Below, piece by piece: positions 12,268 to 24,793 of a stretch of 64,000 nt of DNA. Location of the stretch: positions 1 through 64,000 of the forward strand of contig MU626363.1 of the NCBI GenBank assembly GCA_025603075.1, read 5' to 3'. The position numbers and the translations under genes were made by a program. The notes beneath the pieces are model-generated. The model saw nothing but the letters and a program-made list of their open reading frames with translations. It did no database searches and was not told the DNA's origin. Source of the DNA: Neoconidiobolus thromboides FSU 785. Taxonomy: Eukaryota; Fungi; Entomophthoromycota. Within the stretch, counting starts at the first letter, position 1, and each line of letters begins with the position of its first letter.

Positions 12268-13918
12268 ATATCGTATTTCAAAGTTTTCACTATATTTGAA
12301 TAATAGATAATCTAGTTGGTGCTAAAATCATATATATATTATTCATGGGCTACAAAAAAAAATTTGATATATAAAATTTGATATCAAAAGCTTCATTACT
12401 TCATAATACTTTGCTAGATCCAGGCTGTAAATACTCTATCTCATTGTATTCCTTTTCTATTAAATTTTAAAAAGCAGCAGTTTAGTTAATCAAAAATTTG
12501 GCAAGAATATAAGTGACGTCTTACATAATACATCCAAGAAGGACAAATTCGCTAATTTTGAGCTTGATTGCCTTTGTTTCATTTTTTCTGTAAACTTTTT
12601 GACCCTCTCTTGTAGTATGTCTTCTTATCACCCTGTAATTTTTCCTTTTGATATTTTTATTGTTGTGATACTTTTTTAATCTTATTATTTTGTTTTAAAT
12701 TTTGTTTTTTTAGTAAAATAATTGAGTTTGTGTTTATTCTAAAGATTTTAAAAAAGGATACTTTGTGAAGTTTACCTACTTTGCAAAAAAAATGAAAACT
12801 TTATGATATTAGCCTATTAGACCCAACACCGAATAAATAAATAATTTAACTGAATTATGAACTATATTGGCAAATAATTAACTATATAAAATGCAAATTT
12901 GTTAATGAAATGATAATAAGGCCATATATAGATTGAAAGAGCCCAATACTTGGGGGCTTCAAAGCAAATATTAAAGTAAAAACAAACAAGTATAATAACA
13001 AAAATGCAAAATTCAATAAATTTTTACTAAGAAATCATAAGAATTACATTTATAGAAGTGATACCAGTAAATAGAAGATTGAGGAGGAACTTTCTCGTTA
13101 AACAGATGTATTACTTTGTCACTTAAGCTAAATTTTCATTAAAAATAGTAGCTATGCCTTCTGAAAAATTAAGGCCATTATTCAAAAACAATATATCAAA
13201 CATGGAGCTATATGATACAGTGGTATAATGGAGTGATAGTGATGGGTGGTTGTCGTAGTTAAGCAATGCTACAGATGAACATTTATGACTTAAAATAAGA
13301 GAAAAATATTCCTTTAGGTAAAATACTGAGGACAATGCATTTCCTGGATTAAACAATAAAGTTGACAAATTACTATAGTTAAAGGATAGAGACGAGAGAC
13401 GAGAGACGTACATTAGAGCTGTTTTGCTTTTATCTATAAAGTTCAAGTTAAAAAGTAGAATGAGGAATTAAAAATACAAAGGATACTAAATTTACTTACA
13501 TAAAAACTTGATAAGCCATAGCTGTCATTCGAGAATAGAGTGTAATAACTATCATAGTTAAACTCCTCAACGTCACAGAAAAAGGGCCTTAAATGGAGAT
13601 AAAGGTTTTGATTTAGCACCTAAATAGCTCAACAACAAATTTCATGTTAATTTGATTTTTTGTTAGAACCAGATTAGTATTTATCTTTTTTTTTGGAATA
13701 GTTGAAATTGAAATTGAAATTTAGTAAATGAAATCTAACAACTGATTCTTTGACATTTACGTCACCATAAAGAATTTGGTATTTTGATTCATTTTATAAA
13801 TTTAGTCAACAATAATCAAATAATTTTCATAAATTTATGCTCAATTTTCTTTTTTGTAAACTTTATTGTTGCAAATAAATCCACAAATTAAATGCAAATG
13901 CGTAAAAAGTTAGAATAA

Positions 13919-14017
13919 AGGGATGTATTTTTTAATTTTACTACCAAGTTCTTCCACTCAAATAACACTTAATGGAAAAGTTGTTAGTAAAATTCTTAAG
14001 CAAGAAAATACATCCCC
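13919..14017. mobile_element. Chimeric fold-back MITE with two left ends
   Basis: The 5' half of the consensus is followed by the reverse complement of the 5' half, joined at TGGAAAA; flanks ATAA/ATAA. Confidence 0.85.
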
Positions 14018-14403
14018 ATAAGTGATTTTAATGTTACACAGCTGCTGCAACTCTCCTGTAGTCTAATCAACTGTTCATTTAAAAATAAAGTTCGGTAAAA
14101 ATATCCTAAAATTATATTCTTAAGATTTAAAAACCAATAAAACAGACAACTGGCTTTAAAAACTACAAATCAGGTCCAATAGAACTCCAGCTGCTTTAGG
14201 TAGTTTGTTGCTTTGAAAAGTGATAGCTTTTTAAAATATTGATTTATCTTTAAATATAACTATTAAGTTCAAAGTAAACAAGATTCACCTCCTCAATGAG
14301 ACACAACAAAATGAAATGTTTTAGATTTTTTTTATTACAAAAGGAAAAAAAGATGAGCTAATTATTTAACAGGAAAACGAAAAATAAACGAACTAAGGTT
14401 GAT

Positions 14404-15328
14404 TTAAGACAATAGACATTGACAATGATCCTCGTAAATCATACTCTTAATATTATCACGATTTTGCCAAAACCAAGCATTTGGTGATATATCCATAGTG
14501 AATGAGGACTTCAAGTTGCTACAGTACCTTTTTTTAAAGATGGCTGATAAGGGCCAAGCAACGAGAAATAAGCAAGATATGACATTAAAGACTGCATACA
14601 ACGGCTCATTGTTAAAGATATAGGCCCAATTATCACATCGAGCTATAGAAAGAGGGAAAAGAGCCATGAAAACAAGAGATACAATACTAAGAGGTGTAAA
14701 TAAAGGGCTGTTGATTAAGGCATTTATCCAATTCCCTTGTCGAACTATTATCTCGTTTCTACTCAAAATATATTTAACACTAATAGTATGGTAATAACCT
14801 TCAATTCTCAAGGCCTTTTTGATTTTTTGAGTTAATAAGTCATAATCCCATATTACCTCCTTTACTATTTTTAACTCTTTTAAAGTGGCCTCTGACTTAA
14901 TATAATTCTTGATCTCCTGCATCAATTCTTGTTGTGAATTCTCACATTTATATGGATTATGTATCTTACCTTTCTGTGATATAAACGAAGTTAAATCAAT
15001 CTCTTTATCAAAGTCTACTACATCTCGAGTTTTCATTACTTGGCGTTCTTTTCTTTTATTGTTCTTATAATAAGTTTCAGTGACTTCATAAGTTTCTTTA
15101 TGTACTCCTAAGTTGAAACATGACGTTATTATATATAATTATTTAATTAAAGTAATGATGGATACCCTTTATACGAACCTTTAACTCAGGCTTAGAATTA
15201 TAAGTATATATATAACTTTTTAATAATACAGCGTCTTTGTTTAGTCTTTTGTCATGTGAAACTATCCCACTTTGAGAAATTCTAACTTCTAAGTCTGCTG
15301 GTAATAGTCGAAGTCCTAAATTAGCCAT
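14404..15328 (-). CDS. Fungal-type hypothetical membrane protein, 2 exons (~288 aa)
   Basis: ORFs 15143-15328 and 14404-15036 join in frame via GT-AG intron 15165-15108 (...VRIKG|VHKETY...DVVDFDKEIDLT...); two hydrophobic segments lie near the C-terminus. Confidence 0.75.
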
Positions 15329-16817
15329 TATTTTATGTTTTTTTTAGTTTATAAATATATATACCATTGCTTACATTAAATTCTGGGTCTTGCCCAATTC
15401 CTTCACTATAAGCTGGTAATCCTGAATAGCTTTTAGAACAAACTACCTCTTCTAAGTTCATGCTTGAACTATCCTAATTCGAAATTGTTTAAACAGTTTT
15501 GATTAAAAAAATTGATTAAACTCTTAGCATATATAGGAACTTTGCCAAGATTTGAATTAAATTAAGTAGAATCGTTGAGAGGTACTATTTGTTACTTTTA
15601 CAAGGTTTCAGGTGATATAGGAATAATTTTTATTAGAATACTGCGATCAACCATTAACTTTAAGGTTAAAATATAAATTAAATTATTATCCAATTAAATA
15701 GATGTAGGTATAACATTATAAGGTAATAATGTAATTTCTTTAGTTTTGTTAACTTTGTCCTGATTATATCCAACTCATTAAGCTTCAAACGGCTATATTA
15801 ATACGATTTTGCATATTTTAACACATGATGGTTTAGACAATAGTAACATCTATAATATTTGTATAACAAACGTAGATTTCTTATTTCCTTTAGTTGTTAT
15901 AAGGACTAAATAACTCTAATAATTAGCCATTGGGAATGTTTAGTTAATAAACCCAAACTCATTAATACTATGATAATTTGATAGATACCAATACATGAAA
16001 CTGTGGATAACTGTCGCTTTTGCATTTGGATAAAAAAAACATAATAATTTCTTCTCTCATATTTAATGGTTTATTACCAGTTCCTTTACTTTAATAGAAT
16101 TTTAGTACTATTGCCTATGCCTTATGAAATGATACTTTGAATGAATTAACTTACATTTAATCTCTTAGTTTTTTGTACTTAAGCAATAAACTAGATATTA
16201 TATCAAAATAGTAGTATTCAATCAAACTATAAGGACATTTTAAAACGTATAAACGAGTAATAATTTTTCTACAGATAGTCTAATTGTTTATCGAAATTTA
16301 AGTGAATAGCGATTGGCTCAAACAAAGTTCAATTTTATTTTTATTTTGGTTTATCACAGAAGCTAAGTTAAGTATAAACATAAAAAAAATAAACTCACTT
16401 TAAAAATGAAGGTTGAAGTAATAGCTCTTTATATACTCTTTTATTTTTAATATTATATAACTATTAAAGTTGATTTGATTGTAAAATGTCAAAAAACTAT
16501 TTAAGTCAAATTTGCCACTTTAAGAATATCCAAATTAAAAATTTGTTAACGATAAACTGAGCGACATTTTAATTCAACAAATAAAACAAAACTAAAAACA
16601 GTCAAAATGAAAAAAATGATAGACATAAATTATAAAAGTAGAAAAGCAATATAAACTTGAAAATAATTGAACTAATTTTGATAATCCATAAAGTGTATCT
16701 TATGTTCTGACTTAATACTACTTTAAATTATTTAAGAACAAACTTTTTAATTTATTTGCTTTAATTATATTATTTTTAGCTTTGACTAGTTAAAAGTAAC
16801 TATAAACGTCTATTAAA

Positions 16818-18862
16818 ATGAATAAATTGTTTTATATAACAATACCGCTATTGATAGCAAATATAACATTTGGTTTAGACTGTCCAAATCCAACAGACAA
16901 ATGTCGATATAGGGGTAAAAGATTTTTACCTTCCGATCCCAACGCTCCCGAATGCTGGTCATTTTCATATGATCGTTGGCAATGTACTTACAAAGTGGAT
17001 GGTAAATGTGATAAAGCTTATGGCCAAATTGACATTACTGAATGTAATGTTCCACCACCACCTCCAACTCCAGAATGTCCAAAAGCTACTGACGCTTGTA
17101 AAACTGGAGATATCCTTTGGAAGGCAGATAGTCCAAATGCACCAAAATGCTGGACTAAAAATCCATCTGTTCAATTTGGATGGATTTGTAGAGGAGACTC
17201 AGAAGATGAGTGTGATGCTTCAAAAGGTGAAGCTGATCTAACCAATTGTAACATTAAACCACCAGTTCCAACCCCAGAATGTCCAAAAGCTACTAATAAG
17301 TGTAAAACTGGTGATGTTATTTGGGATGCTAATAGTCCAAATGCACCAAAATGTTGGACTAAAAATCCATCCGTTGAATTTGGATGGACTTGTAGAGGAA
17401 ATTCTGGTGATAAATGCGATGCTTCAAAAGGTGAGACTGACATCAAAACCTGTAATATTCCTCCTCCAGCTCCAACCCCAAAGTGTCCAAAAGCTACCGA
17501 TTTTTGTAGAAATGGTATCGGATCCTGGAGAGCTAATGATCCATACTCACCAAAATGTTGGTCAAAAACCTCTTCAGGGTGGAGATGTCAAGGAGATAGT
17601 GATGCTAAGTGTGATACATCTAAAGGTGAGGTTGACCTTAAAGCATGTAATATTCCACCACCAACTCCAGAATGTCCAAAAGCTACTGACTCTTGTTTAG
17701 TTGGTGATATTGCATACCGTGCAGATGATCCAAGTGCACCAAAATGTTGGAGTAAATCTTCAGCATCTCAATTTGGATGGTCATGCTATGGAAGTAGATT
17801 TACAACTTGTGATGCTTTAAGAGGTGAAGTTGATTTAGGTACTTGTGGTATCACTCCACCAGTTCCAACTCCAGAATGTCCAAAAGCTACTGACTCTTGT
17901 TTGGTTGGTGATATTGCATATCGCGCATCTGATTCNNNNNNNNNNNNNNNNNNNNNNNNNNNNNNNNNNNNNNNNNNNNNNNNNNNNNNNNNNNNNNNNN
18001 NNNNNNNNNNNNNNNNNNNNNNNNNNNNNNNNNNNNNNNNNNNNNNNNNNNNNNNNNNNNNNNNNNNNNNNNNNNNNNNNNNNNNNNNNNNNNNNNNNNN
18101 NNNNNNNNNNNNNNNNNNNNNNNNNNNNNNNNNNNNNNNNNNNNNNNNNNNNNNNNNNNNNNNNNNNNNNNNNNNNNNNNNNNNNNNNNNNNNNNNNNNN
18201 NNNNNNNNNNNNNNNNNNNNNNNNNNNNNNNNNNNNNNNNNNNNNNNNNNNNNNNNNNNNNNNNNNNNNNNNNNNNNNNNNNNNNNNNNNNNNNNNNNNN
18301 NNNNNNNNNNNNNNNNNNNNNNNNNNNNNNNNNNNNNNNNNNNNNNNNNNNNNNNNNNNNNNNNNNNNNNNNNNNNNNNNNNNNNNNNNNNNNNNNNNNN
18401 NNNNNNNNNCAATTTGGATGGACTTGTCAAGGAAATTCGAATACCAGATGTGATTTCTCAAGGGGTGAAGTTGATATAACCATGTGCACATTTCCTCCAG
18501 TTCCCCCAACTCCAGATTGTCCAAAAGAAAAGGACTATTGTCGTAATGGTTATTCTTATTTTTATGCTTCTGATCTCAAGGCACCTGCTTGTTGGAGAAA
18601 GACAAAACTTGGATGGACATGTAATTGGAAGAAAGGATACACCTGTGATAAAGGTGAAGTAGATCTCACTGTTTGTTTCCCATATAGACGCAGAAAGTGC
18701 CCAAAAAAAAACTATGATAGTTATTCCCACTATGGTTCAGGTTATGGCTCGGGATATAAGCCAGGATATAATACACCTAAACCTGGTTATGGGTCTGGCT
18801 ATAAGCCTTCTTATGGCTCAGGCTATAATCCAGTATACAATCCAGTATACAAAGGTCATTAA
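16818..18862 (+). CDS. Secreted six-Cys tandem-repeat protein A with Gly/Tyr/Pro tail (spans assembly gap)
   Basis: Signal-peptide-like MNKLFYITIPLLIANITFG; repeat starts at 17076, 17280, 17484, 17673 and 17877. After the gap the 18482 frame continues the same repeat and ends in GYGSGYKPGY repeats. Confidence 0.85.
17936..18409. other. Assembly gap (474 N) inside near-identical coding repeats
   Basis: Run of N; the two repeat units just before it begin almost identically at the DNA level. Confidence 0.97.
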
Positions 18863-19037
18863 GTCAACAAATTTAGATTCAATCATCCTCAAAGTAACTA
18901 TGAATGAATGCTGCTTTTTGAAATTAATTTAAATAAAAAGGATCATGGTTCTAAATATCTATGATAACAAACCTAAAAAAATTTAAACTTTGAACTCTAG
19001 AATACAAGCTACTCATTTGCTAGAATATTTAGAATAT

Positions 19038-19136
19038 GGGAGTGTTTTTTTTGACTTCATTATTTTTTCCATTTTTTAAGCGCTATTTGAGTAGAAAATT
19101 TGTTAGTAAAATTCTTAAATACAAAAATACATCCCC
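19038..19136 (-). mobile_element. MITE copy (left partner of head-to-head pair)
   Basis: Close to consensus; flanks ATAT/ATAT. Confidence 0.92.
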
Positions 19137-19147
19137 ATATATTAAAT

Positions 19148-19244
19148 AGGGATGTATTTTTTTGCTTAACAATTTTACTAACAATTTTTCTACTCAAATA
19201 GCGCTTAAAAAATGAAAAAAGTGATGAAGCCAAAAAACGCTCCT
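19148..19244 (+). mobile_element. MITE copy (right partner of head-to-head pair)
   Basis: Consensus match starting 11 bp after the previous copy. Confidence 0.9.
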
Positions 19245-19593
19245 AATGTTATGTGGTATTTGTAAAATTAATCAAAGTTTTATACCTAAGTTCTTCATCT
19301 AGCATATTAGTATTTAACTGAAATGTTTTCTATTTAAATGATGTACCGTACAGCTCAAACTAAAAGGAAAAAAACAAGGGATACTTTGGTTATAATTGGC
19401 TATTAGAGCATTATAATATGTCTGACTAAGTTCAAGCCTGAAGTATTCTCTCCAAATTTAATTAAAGATGAATGGACATTTTCATTTTGTATTTGCTGAA
19501 TTTATTTATAAAGTTTTTCTTTTTTCTTTTTTCTTTTTTCTTATCAAATACAAAATATCAGAAATAGAACTGATAAAAATGATCCTTTTATAT

Positions 19594-19688
19594 TGGGGTA
19601 TTTTTAGTTTCATCATCTTTTTTATCTTTTAAGCCCTATTTAAGCAGAGAAATTGTTAGTAAATCCTTAAATCTAGAAATACATCTCT
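19594..19688 (-). mobile_element. MITE copy (diverged)
   Basis: Reverse consensus match; flanks ATAT/ATAT. Confidence 0.82.
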
Positions 19689-19887
19689 ATATACATTTCG
19701 AATTATTCATATAATATTTTTTTAATAAAATTAGTAATAGAAATATATAATAGAGATAAGTTCCAACCTTTAAACATTTCAATTAAATTTTGTTAGCTTT
19801 TTTATCAAAAATAAAATCAATATAAAATTTTGTTAAATTTAAATTCAAAATCATTTCAACTTATTAAAAAGTATGAATTTTAGATAT

Positions 19888-19983
19888 GAGGGTGTGTTTT
19901 TTGGCTTCATTACTTTTTCCATTTTTTAAGCGCTATTTGAGCAGAAAGATTATTAGTAAAATTAAATATAAAAATACATCCCC
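19888..19983 (-). mobile_element. MITE copy
   Basis: Reverse consensus match; flanks ATAT/ATAT. Confidence 0.9.
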
Positions 19984-21264
19984 ATATCTTTGTTTTATTT
20001 TTGTCTTAAAAAAGCAAAAGTTTTAAAATTATAAAACTTGCTTTAATTATTTATTTAACTAAATAGTGATAAATTAAACAATTCTACAATAAATAATAGT
20101 TTTTTGATATATTATATTAGTTACTAATTTATGAAGATTTTAATAATAACATTTTTGTTTACTTCTATTTTTTATTAAAGCATTATCATTAAATTAATAA
20201 ATAAGATTATAATTTTTTATGCATTATTTTAAATTATAAAATAATTCTATAAATTATTAGTTGTTGATAATCAATTAAGTTTCATAAAGTATGAGTTAGC
20301 TCAAAAGCTTGGTTTAAATTCTATCTAACTTCTTTTTTACAAAAATTGCAAATCAAGCATCAAGTAGTGTAGAAATACTTGCTTTTTGCTTGATTTTAGA
20401 ATAACTTATTCAAAAGTTTTTTATTCAGTTTTGCTTAACAACTTTTTAAAAATTTATGCTATAGAAAATGTATAAAAAAGAATTAGTATTTTTATTTTTG
20501 ATTTCAATTTAGCTTTTAAAATTGCCCATATTTCTAAAAATTTAATAAGCTACTAACAACCAAGTTGCCAAATTATAATTCAATTCCAAAATAACACAGA
20601 GCTAGGTGTTAAGATTTTCGGAATGGTTTTTAATTTAGTCAATTGAACAAGAACATTCAGATAAAAAATTAAATAAAAGCTCTAAAGTTGAAACTAAATA
20701 GCTTAGCCTATCAACTAATTGAGATATATATGTGTCATGGTGTATGTCCAAGAAACCATACAAAGACATATATGCTATTTTTACTTATAGTCTATGTACT
20801 TTTATACAAAAAAAGGGAACATTTTTGTTACAAAAATTTTACCGTTTGCTTGAAAAATAGTTTATGCAGTTCCACATAAACTAAGCCCAATTTTTTTATA
20901 TCTATAAGAATATGCAAATTTTTTTCAGGCAAATGGTAAAACTTTTATTACAAAATGTCCACTTTTTTTTGTAAAAGTACGTAAACTATAAGTGAGAATA
21001 GTGTATATACGTCCTGGAAAAAACTACTTATGACTTGGTGGATATTACATGCTTAGTTGCTTATACTTCAAGACGCTTATTACAGAGTATAAAAATAAAA
21101 TATTTTATATTATTACTGTACAATATTACAATATCCCAATGCATTTAATAAAATAAAATATTGCTTTATATTTAGCTATAGTTAAAGTGGTAATTTTTGA
21201 ACTTTTTTTTCTAAAAAGTTTTGCAGATTTATTACCAATATTTCCCACATATTGTTCATGATAT

Positions 21265-21365
21265 GGGGATGTATTTTTTTGTTTAAGAATTTTACTAACA
21301 ATCTTTCCACTCAAATAGTGCTTAAAAAATGGGAAAGTAAAATTTAAACATAAAAATACATCTTC
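21265..21365 (+). mobile_element. Chimeric MITE whose right end is replaced by an inverted left end
   Basis: Follows the consensus to ...AAAGTAA, then reads AATTTAAACATAAAAATACATCTTC; flanks ATAT/ATAT. Confidence 0.85.
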
Positions 21366-21664
21366 ATATATATAATTTCTCAAGCTACTGCTCAAGATAT
21401 ATAATACATTTCAAAAAGAATTGGTGATAATCTGGAATGCATTTTTGGGTTGAAGTTCTGGCGGTTAATAGGCTACTTAAGAAAGTATTTAGATTATAAT
21501 TATAATTCAATGTTTTAAACCTTGATAAAATATTCCTATTTTTAATGCATAAGCTAGGAAGAATCCTTTTTTTGTAGTTTATTAAAGAATTAGCAAATTA
21601 TTACCAAATAACTTAAAATCATATATAATAAAGCAAGTAGTATCCAAAGCTTGATGTCTTTAAA

Positions 21665-22412
21665 ATGTCAAGTCAAGAAAGTTTAATATTAAATTTAAGT
21701 AGATTTTCGCATACTTTGGATGAAAATCTCATAACTTCAATAAAGAAAGATCACAATTTAATAAAATATTTATTTGAAGAGTTTCTAAAGCTGTCTTTGG
21801 AATGTCATAAAATAAAGTTGAGCAACGAAATAATACGCCAAAGTAATTTTTATGTAGACAAAAACATCAATAACTAATGTGATCTTTTAGTTTCGGTTCA
21901 TAACATTGCTGAGGAATTAACAGTATATCCAGTAATAAAAGATAAACTTGGGGAATACACATATATTCAGAATTTAAATGAGCACCGCAATCTGGAAAGG
22001 GAGCTTCGCAAGCTACCAAATTATTACTCTGAAGTTGGTTCTGAAGGATTCTATAAGATTCTTATAACAATTGTCGAGGTAAAGGTTATATAAATATAAA
22101 GATTATTTAACTGTTTTTAGAGTTTCATTGCCCATTCGGAAAAAGAAGAAAAAGAAATCTTACCCAAGTTAATCGAAAAGTTGACTGATCATGAAAAAGA
22201 AGATATTACTAAATCCTTTATATATAAACGATCGAAAGTTCCAACCAGGTAATTGATATTAGCATTTTTATTTTTATTTACTAATTATGATTAGACCTCA
22301 TCCTGGAGTAGCTATTAAATTCCCATACAAAAGCATTATCGCCACTCTTCAAGCGCCATTGGATAAATTCATGGATATATTCACAAGGGATTTTCCTATT
22401 GTTAGTCATTGA
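21665..22412 (+). CDS. Hemerythrin/HHE cation-binding domain protein, 4 exons
   Basis: Spliced reading gives IKKDHNLIKYLF...ISVHNIAEELTVYP...NEHRNLE...HSEKEEKEILPKL...VPTRPHP...APLDKF...DFP; first intron 21843-21890, all GT-AG. Confidence 0.85.
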
Positions 22413-23756
22413 ACTTCACCTATTATACTCTATGCTTTATAAAATAGCTTAATTATATATATTATATTTTAGATTGGTATTTTTGTTTTACTGTTTTGTA
22501 GTCTATTAAATATCTTTTACTAGTATTTATATACTCTAAGGTATTTCAAACATAAATAATTTGCGATTTGGTATTCTATTATTCAATAACGTTTAAAGCT
22601 AACAAAATAAAAAACTTAATAGATTGGACCACTTTATTTGGATAGATATACAACTTGAGATTCAAATTAACTCAACGAAATAGATCTACGTGCAAGTTTA
22701 TTCTCATGTAATTTGCTTCTACAATCTCTTCATAACTTCCCATTAAATCTAGATATTAAATAGTCTAGTATCCCGTATGATCTATAAATACCATTTATTT
22801 GAGAATTACTAAAAGGGCTTTTTTCCAACGATTCTTTCAAGTTTTTTATTTTATTATAGTAAATTTTCCTAGTTTTTTATATTGACTTTATATTAATGTA
22901 TACATATTCTAGGTCCTATTTGTATAACAACTATCTGAGTAGAGATTGTATTTGAATTCTATTATGCACTGAATAATTGGGTGATTCATGAATAGAAAAG
23001 GCTATATATAATTTTAGTAAGTAATAGAGTGCTAATTGAGCTGATAAATTAGTCAATTTTAACTATAATAATTTAATGTGTTAATATTTAAGTTATCTAT
23101 TGATATGAAGTAACAATATTTGTTCATAAATTAGCAATTCAATATAAATCAAAAACTAGTTTTAGTATGAAAAAAGGGAAAACTATATAAACTAACTTTA
23201 CTATAGTTATTAATTATTAATTATAACATATTATGATTCACATATATTGTTTTAGTGCTTTTTCCCATGAACATTGTATTTAATCATTTTGGAAACGTAA
23301 GAATATATTAATTTATTGTAATAAGTTCATTTAAAAACTATATATCTTACTAAAAGATGAGCATCCCGAATGGACATATTTCTTGTTTTATATTATCTAT
23401 TTTTGAAAATCAATCAATTATATCATTTTAATATCTATAATTAATTGTTTCTCATAAACTAATTGTACAATTCGAATTTAGCAATTCTCCCAAACCTTAT
23501 GACAATTTCATTTCGTATAAATAGTAATAATCAATTAATTATATAATGATTAAAAGTGGTAATTTGATTATTGAATAGTCAAAAATAAATGAATTGTTTA
23601 ATTGCTTACTAAATATAGTAAGTGAAATAATATTTTTATATAATTAATTATTGAACAAAAAATTACTAATAATATCAAAATGTATAAAATATATAAAATA
23701 TACAACTCTAAATTTAAATTTATAAAAGTTTTATTTAAAAATATTCAATAAATAGC

Positions 23757-24260
23757 ATGAGCTACCACAGTTTGATTAATTTATTCTTAATTATATCTCT
23801 AATAAAACAAGCTATCCCATTTCCACTTACCAACGCCAATGTAAATACTCCCTTACTAAACAACCAAAAAATAAATTTCAATCCAGTGTACTATATCCAA
23901 AGGCTAGACAAAAGAAATCAAGGATCAGAAATTTCAGTCAATAAAAATATAGCATTAAGTAATACCACGGATATCACTCCATCAACAATTAATGTACCAT
24001 TGATTACAGGAATTACCCTTGGATTAATAGTATTGGTAGTCCTTGGTTTTATGATCATATTTACCATATACAGAAGGCAATCAAGGATAAAGGAGGAAGC
24101 AGATCCTCAAAATGATGATATACCGTTGATTCAGGAAAATAAAACAAATATGAATAGTTTTATTAATTTGTATGAAACAAAGGAAAGATATTCTACAATT
24201 TTTGGCTACTATCAAGGGGACGAGATCTCTAAGTTGGAAAAAGCACAAGTAAAAACTTAA
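23757..24260 (+). CDS. Small type I membrane protein (signal peptide, KR site, one TM helix)
   Basis: Hydrophobic N-terminus, RLDKR dibasic site, S/T-rich stalk, TM segment LITGITLGLIVLVVLGFMIIFTIY followed by RR. Confidence 0.7.
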   Translation: MSYHSLINLFLIISLIKQAIPFPLTNANVNTPLLNNQKINFNPVYYIQRLDKRNQGSEISVNKNIALSNTTDITPSTINVPLITGITLGLIVLVVLGFMIIFTIYRRQSRIKEEADPQNDDIPLIQENKTNMNSFINLYETKERYSTIFGYYQGDEISKLEKAQVKT

Positions 24261-24706
24261 TTAATAATATAGTTGCTTTCTGATTAGTTTCTTTCTACTT
24301 GCTTACAATTTGACTATTTTTAAGTACTCCTAAAGCTTCTTTGGTCTTATTATAAGAATCAAGATTAAAACAAGAAAATAATAGCCAACTGTTATTCTTA
24401 GGAATAAGAGCTATTCTTTGTATTGATTTTATTGTTTAGTTGGATCTATCTACCTAATTAGTACTCACATTTCAAAATGCAAGAAATAAATTAATAATTA
24501 ATCTATCCTTTCGCCCATTTATTGTATCTACTATACTATCGTTCATCTTGTATTCCTTCGTATTAAACCAGAACTAAAAAGTACTGAAAACTCCTAATAA
24601 AAACAACTAATAAATAAATTTTCAATGGGAATGCACTATAGGCGAGGGTCTTTTTTTTGTAGCAATTTTTAGACAAGAAAAATTCCAACCAAAAAAAACA
24701 CTTCCA

Positions 24707-24793
24707 TTTTTTGGTTTTATTGTTTTTTCCATCTTTTAAGCACTATTTGAGCGAAAAAATTAGCAAAATTCTTAAACACAGAAATACATTCCC
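24707..24793 (-). mobile_element. MITE copy, one end eroded, abutting a remnant of another copy
   Basis: Reverse consensus core ending TACATTCCC|AAAT; preceded by AACCAAAAAAAACACTTCCAT. Confidence 0.8.

Noticed and set aside
13123-13446. 107-aa minus ORF and a kelch-like IVMGG on the plus strand
   Set aside because: Non-ATG start, no family motif, and the plus frame has multiple stops.
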